Positions 60,724 through 60,907 of a stretch of DNA of 60,907 nucleotides are shown here, in pieces. This DNA comes from Bacteroidia bacterium. GTDB taxonomy: Bacteria; Bacteroidota; Bacteroidia; Bacteroidales; VadinHA17. The notes beneath the pieces are model-generated. The model was not told the origin of the DNA, searched no databases, and saw only the letters and a program-made list of their open reading frames with translations. Numbering within the stretch: the stretch's first letter is position 1; each line of letters starts with the position of its first letter. A program made the position numbers and the translations under genes. The stretch spans positions 1 through 60,907 of the forward strand of contig JAPLDX010000089.1 in NCBI GenBank assembly GCA_026391215.1, given 5' to 3'.

Positions 60724-60906
60724 TTATACATTTTGGGGATTTCTTGACCTTACTATGCAATTAATTGTAAAATACTTGCTCCCTTCTTCAAGCATGAGAG
60801 CTTGAAGTTCAGAAGAGTGCTTTTGCTCTACAAGGAAACTATCAAAAATTGTATACATGATTACTTCAGGATTTCTTTCAATGAAAATCCTGTAGATTAT
60901 ATCATT
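60724..60906 (-). CDS. C-terminal part of a hypothetical protein (5' end outside the window)
   Basis: Frame open from the window edge: NDIIYRIFIERNPEVIMYTIFDSFLVEQKHSSELQALMLEEGSKYFTINCIVRSRNPQNV*. Confidence 0.55.
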   Translation of the reverse strand, partial: NDIIYRIFIERNPEVIMYTIFDSFLVEQKHSSELQALMLEEGSKYFTINCIVRSRNPQNV

Positions 60907-60907
60907 G

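Larger units (their letters stand above)
51746..60907. mobile_element. AT-rich genomic (defence) island integrated in comM; right end outside the window
   Basis: Abrupt truncation of comM, visible shift to AT-richer DNA, and cargo of methyltransferases and nucleases. Confidence 0.85.

Noticed and set aside
1-60907. CRISPR array, tRNA, rRNA or riboswitch
   Set aside because: No regularly spaced repeat-spacer array or recognisable structured RNA gene was seen by eye; ribD has only 26 bp of upstream intergenic space, too little for an FMN riboswitch.

Overview
Bacteroidota (Bacteroidales-like, probably anaerobic) chromosomal window, judged from the SusC/SusD locus, TAnnTTTG promoters and the dnaE-trxA and ribD/prmC/recX gene order. 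Bases 1-51.7 kb are mostly core or accessory chromosome: an Asr/Flx-type Fe-S and FAD oxidoreductase pair, kup, a membrane pyrophosphatase, dapL, tsaC, rimM-rpsP, susCD, dnaE, trxA, LOG, a TPR-caspase plus PP2C sensor, ribD, prmC, recX, a TonB receptor, copA broken by one in-frame TAG, a TolC-MacAB efflux operon and LytS/LytTR. From about 51.75 kb to the end lies a visibly AT-richer island that truncates comM (YifB) at its PGEIS motif. It carries an orphan methyltransferase, three nucleases and a fused R-M plus S restriction-modification pair. The most striking observation is the PadR operon at 37.8-40.5 kb. Its two membrane proteins carry 3 + 2 tandem 60-aa GldL-like hairpin repeats, and each ends in one GldM-like helix plus periplasmic domain. 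Together they would rebuild the 5:2 GldL5-GldM2 motor geometry in two chains, lacking the proton-carrying glutamate and linked to a HAAS-like/PadR module. All family assignments are by eye from motifs; no searches were run.
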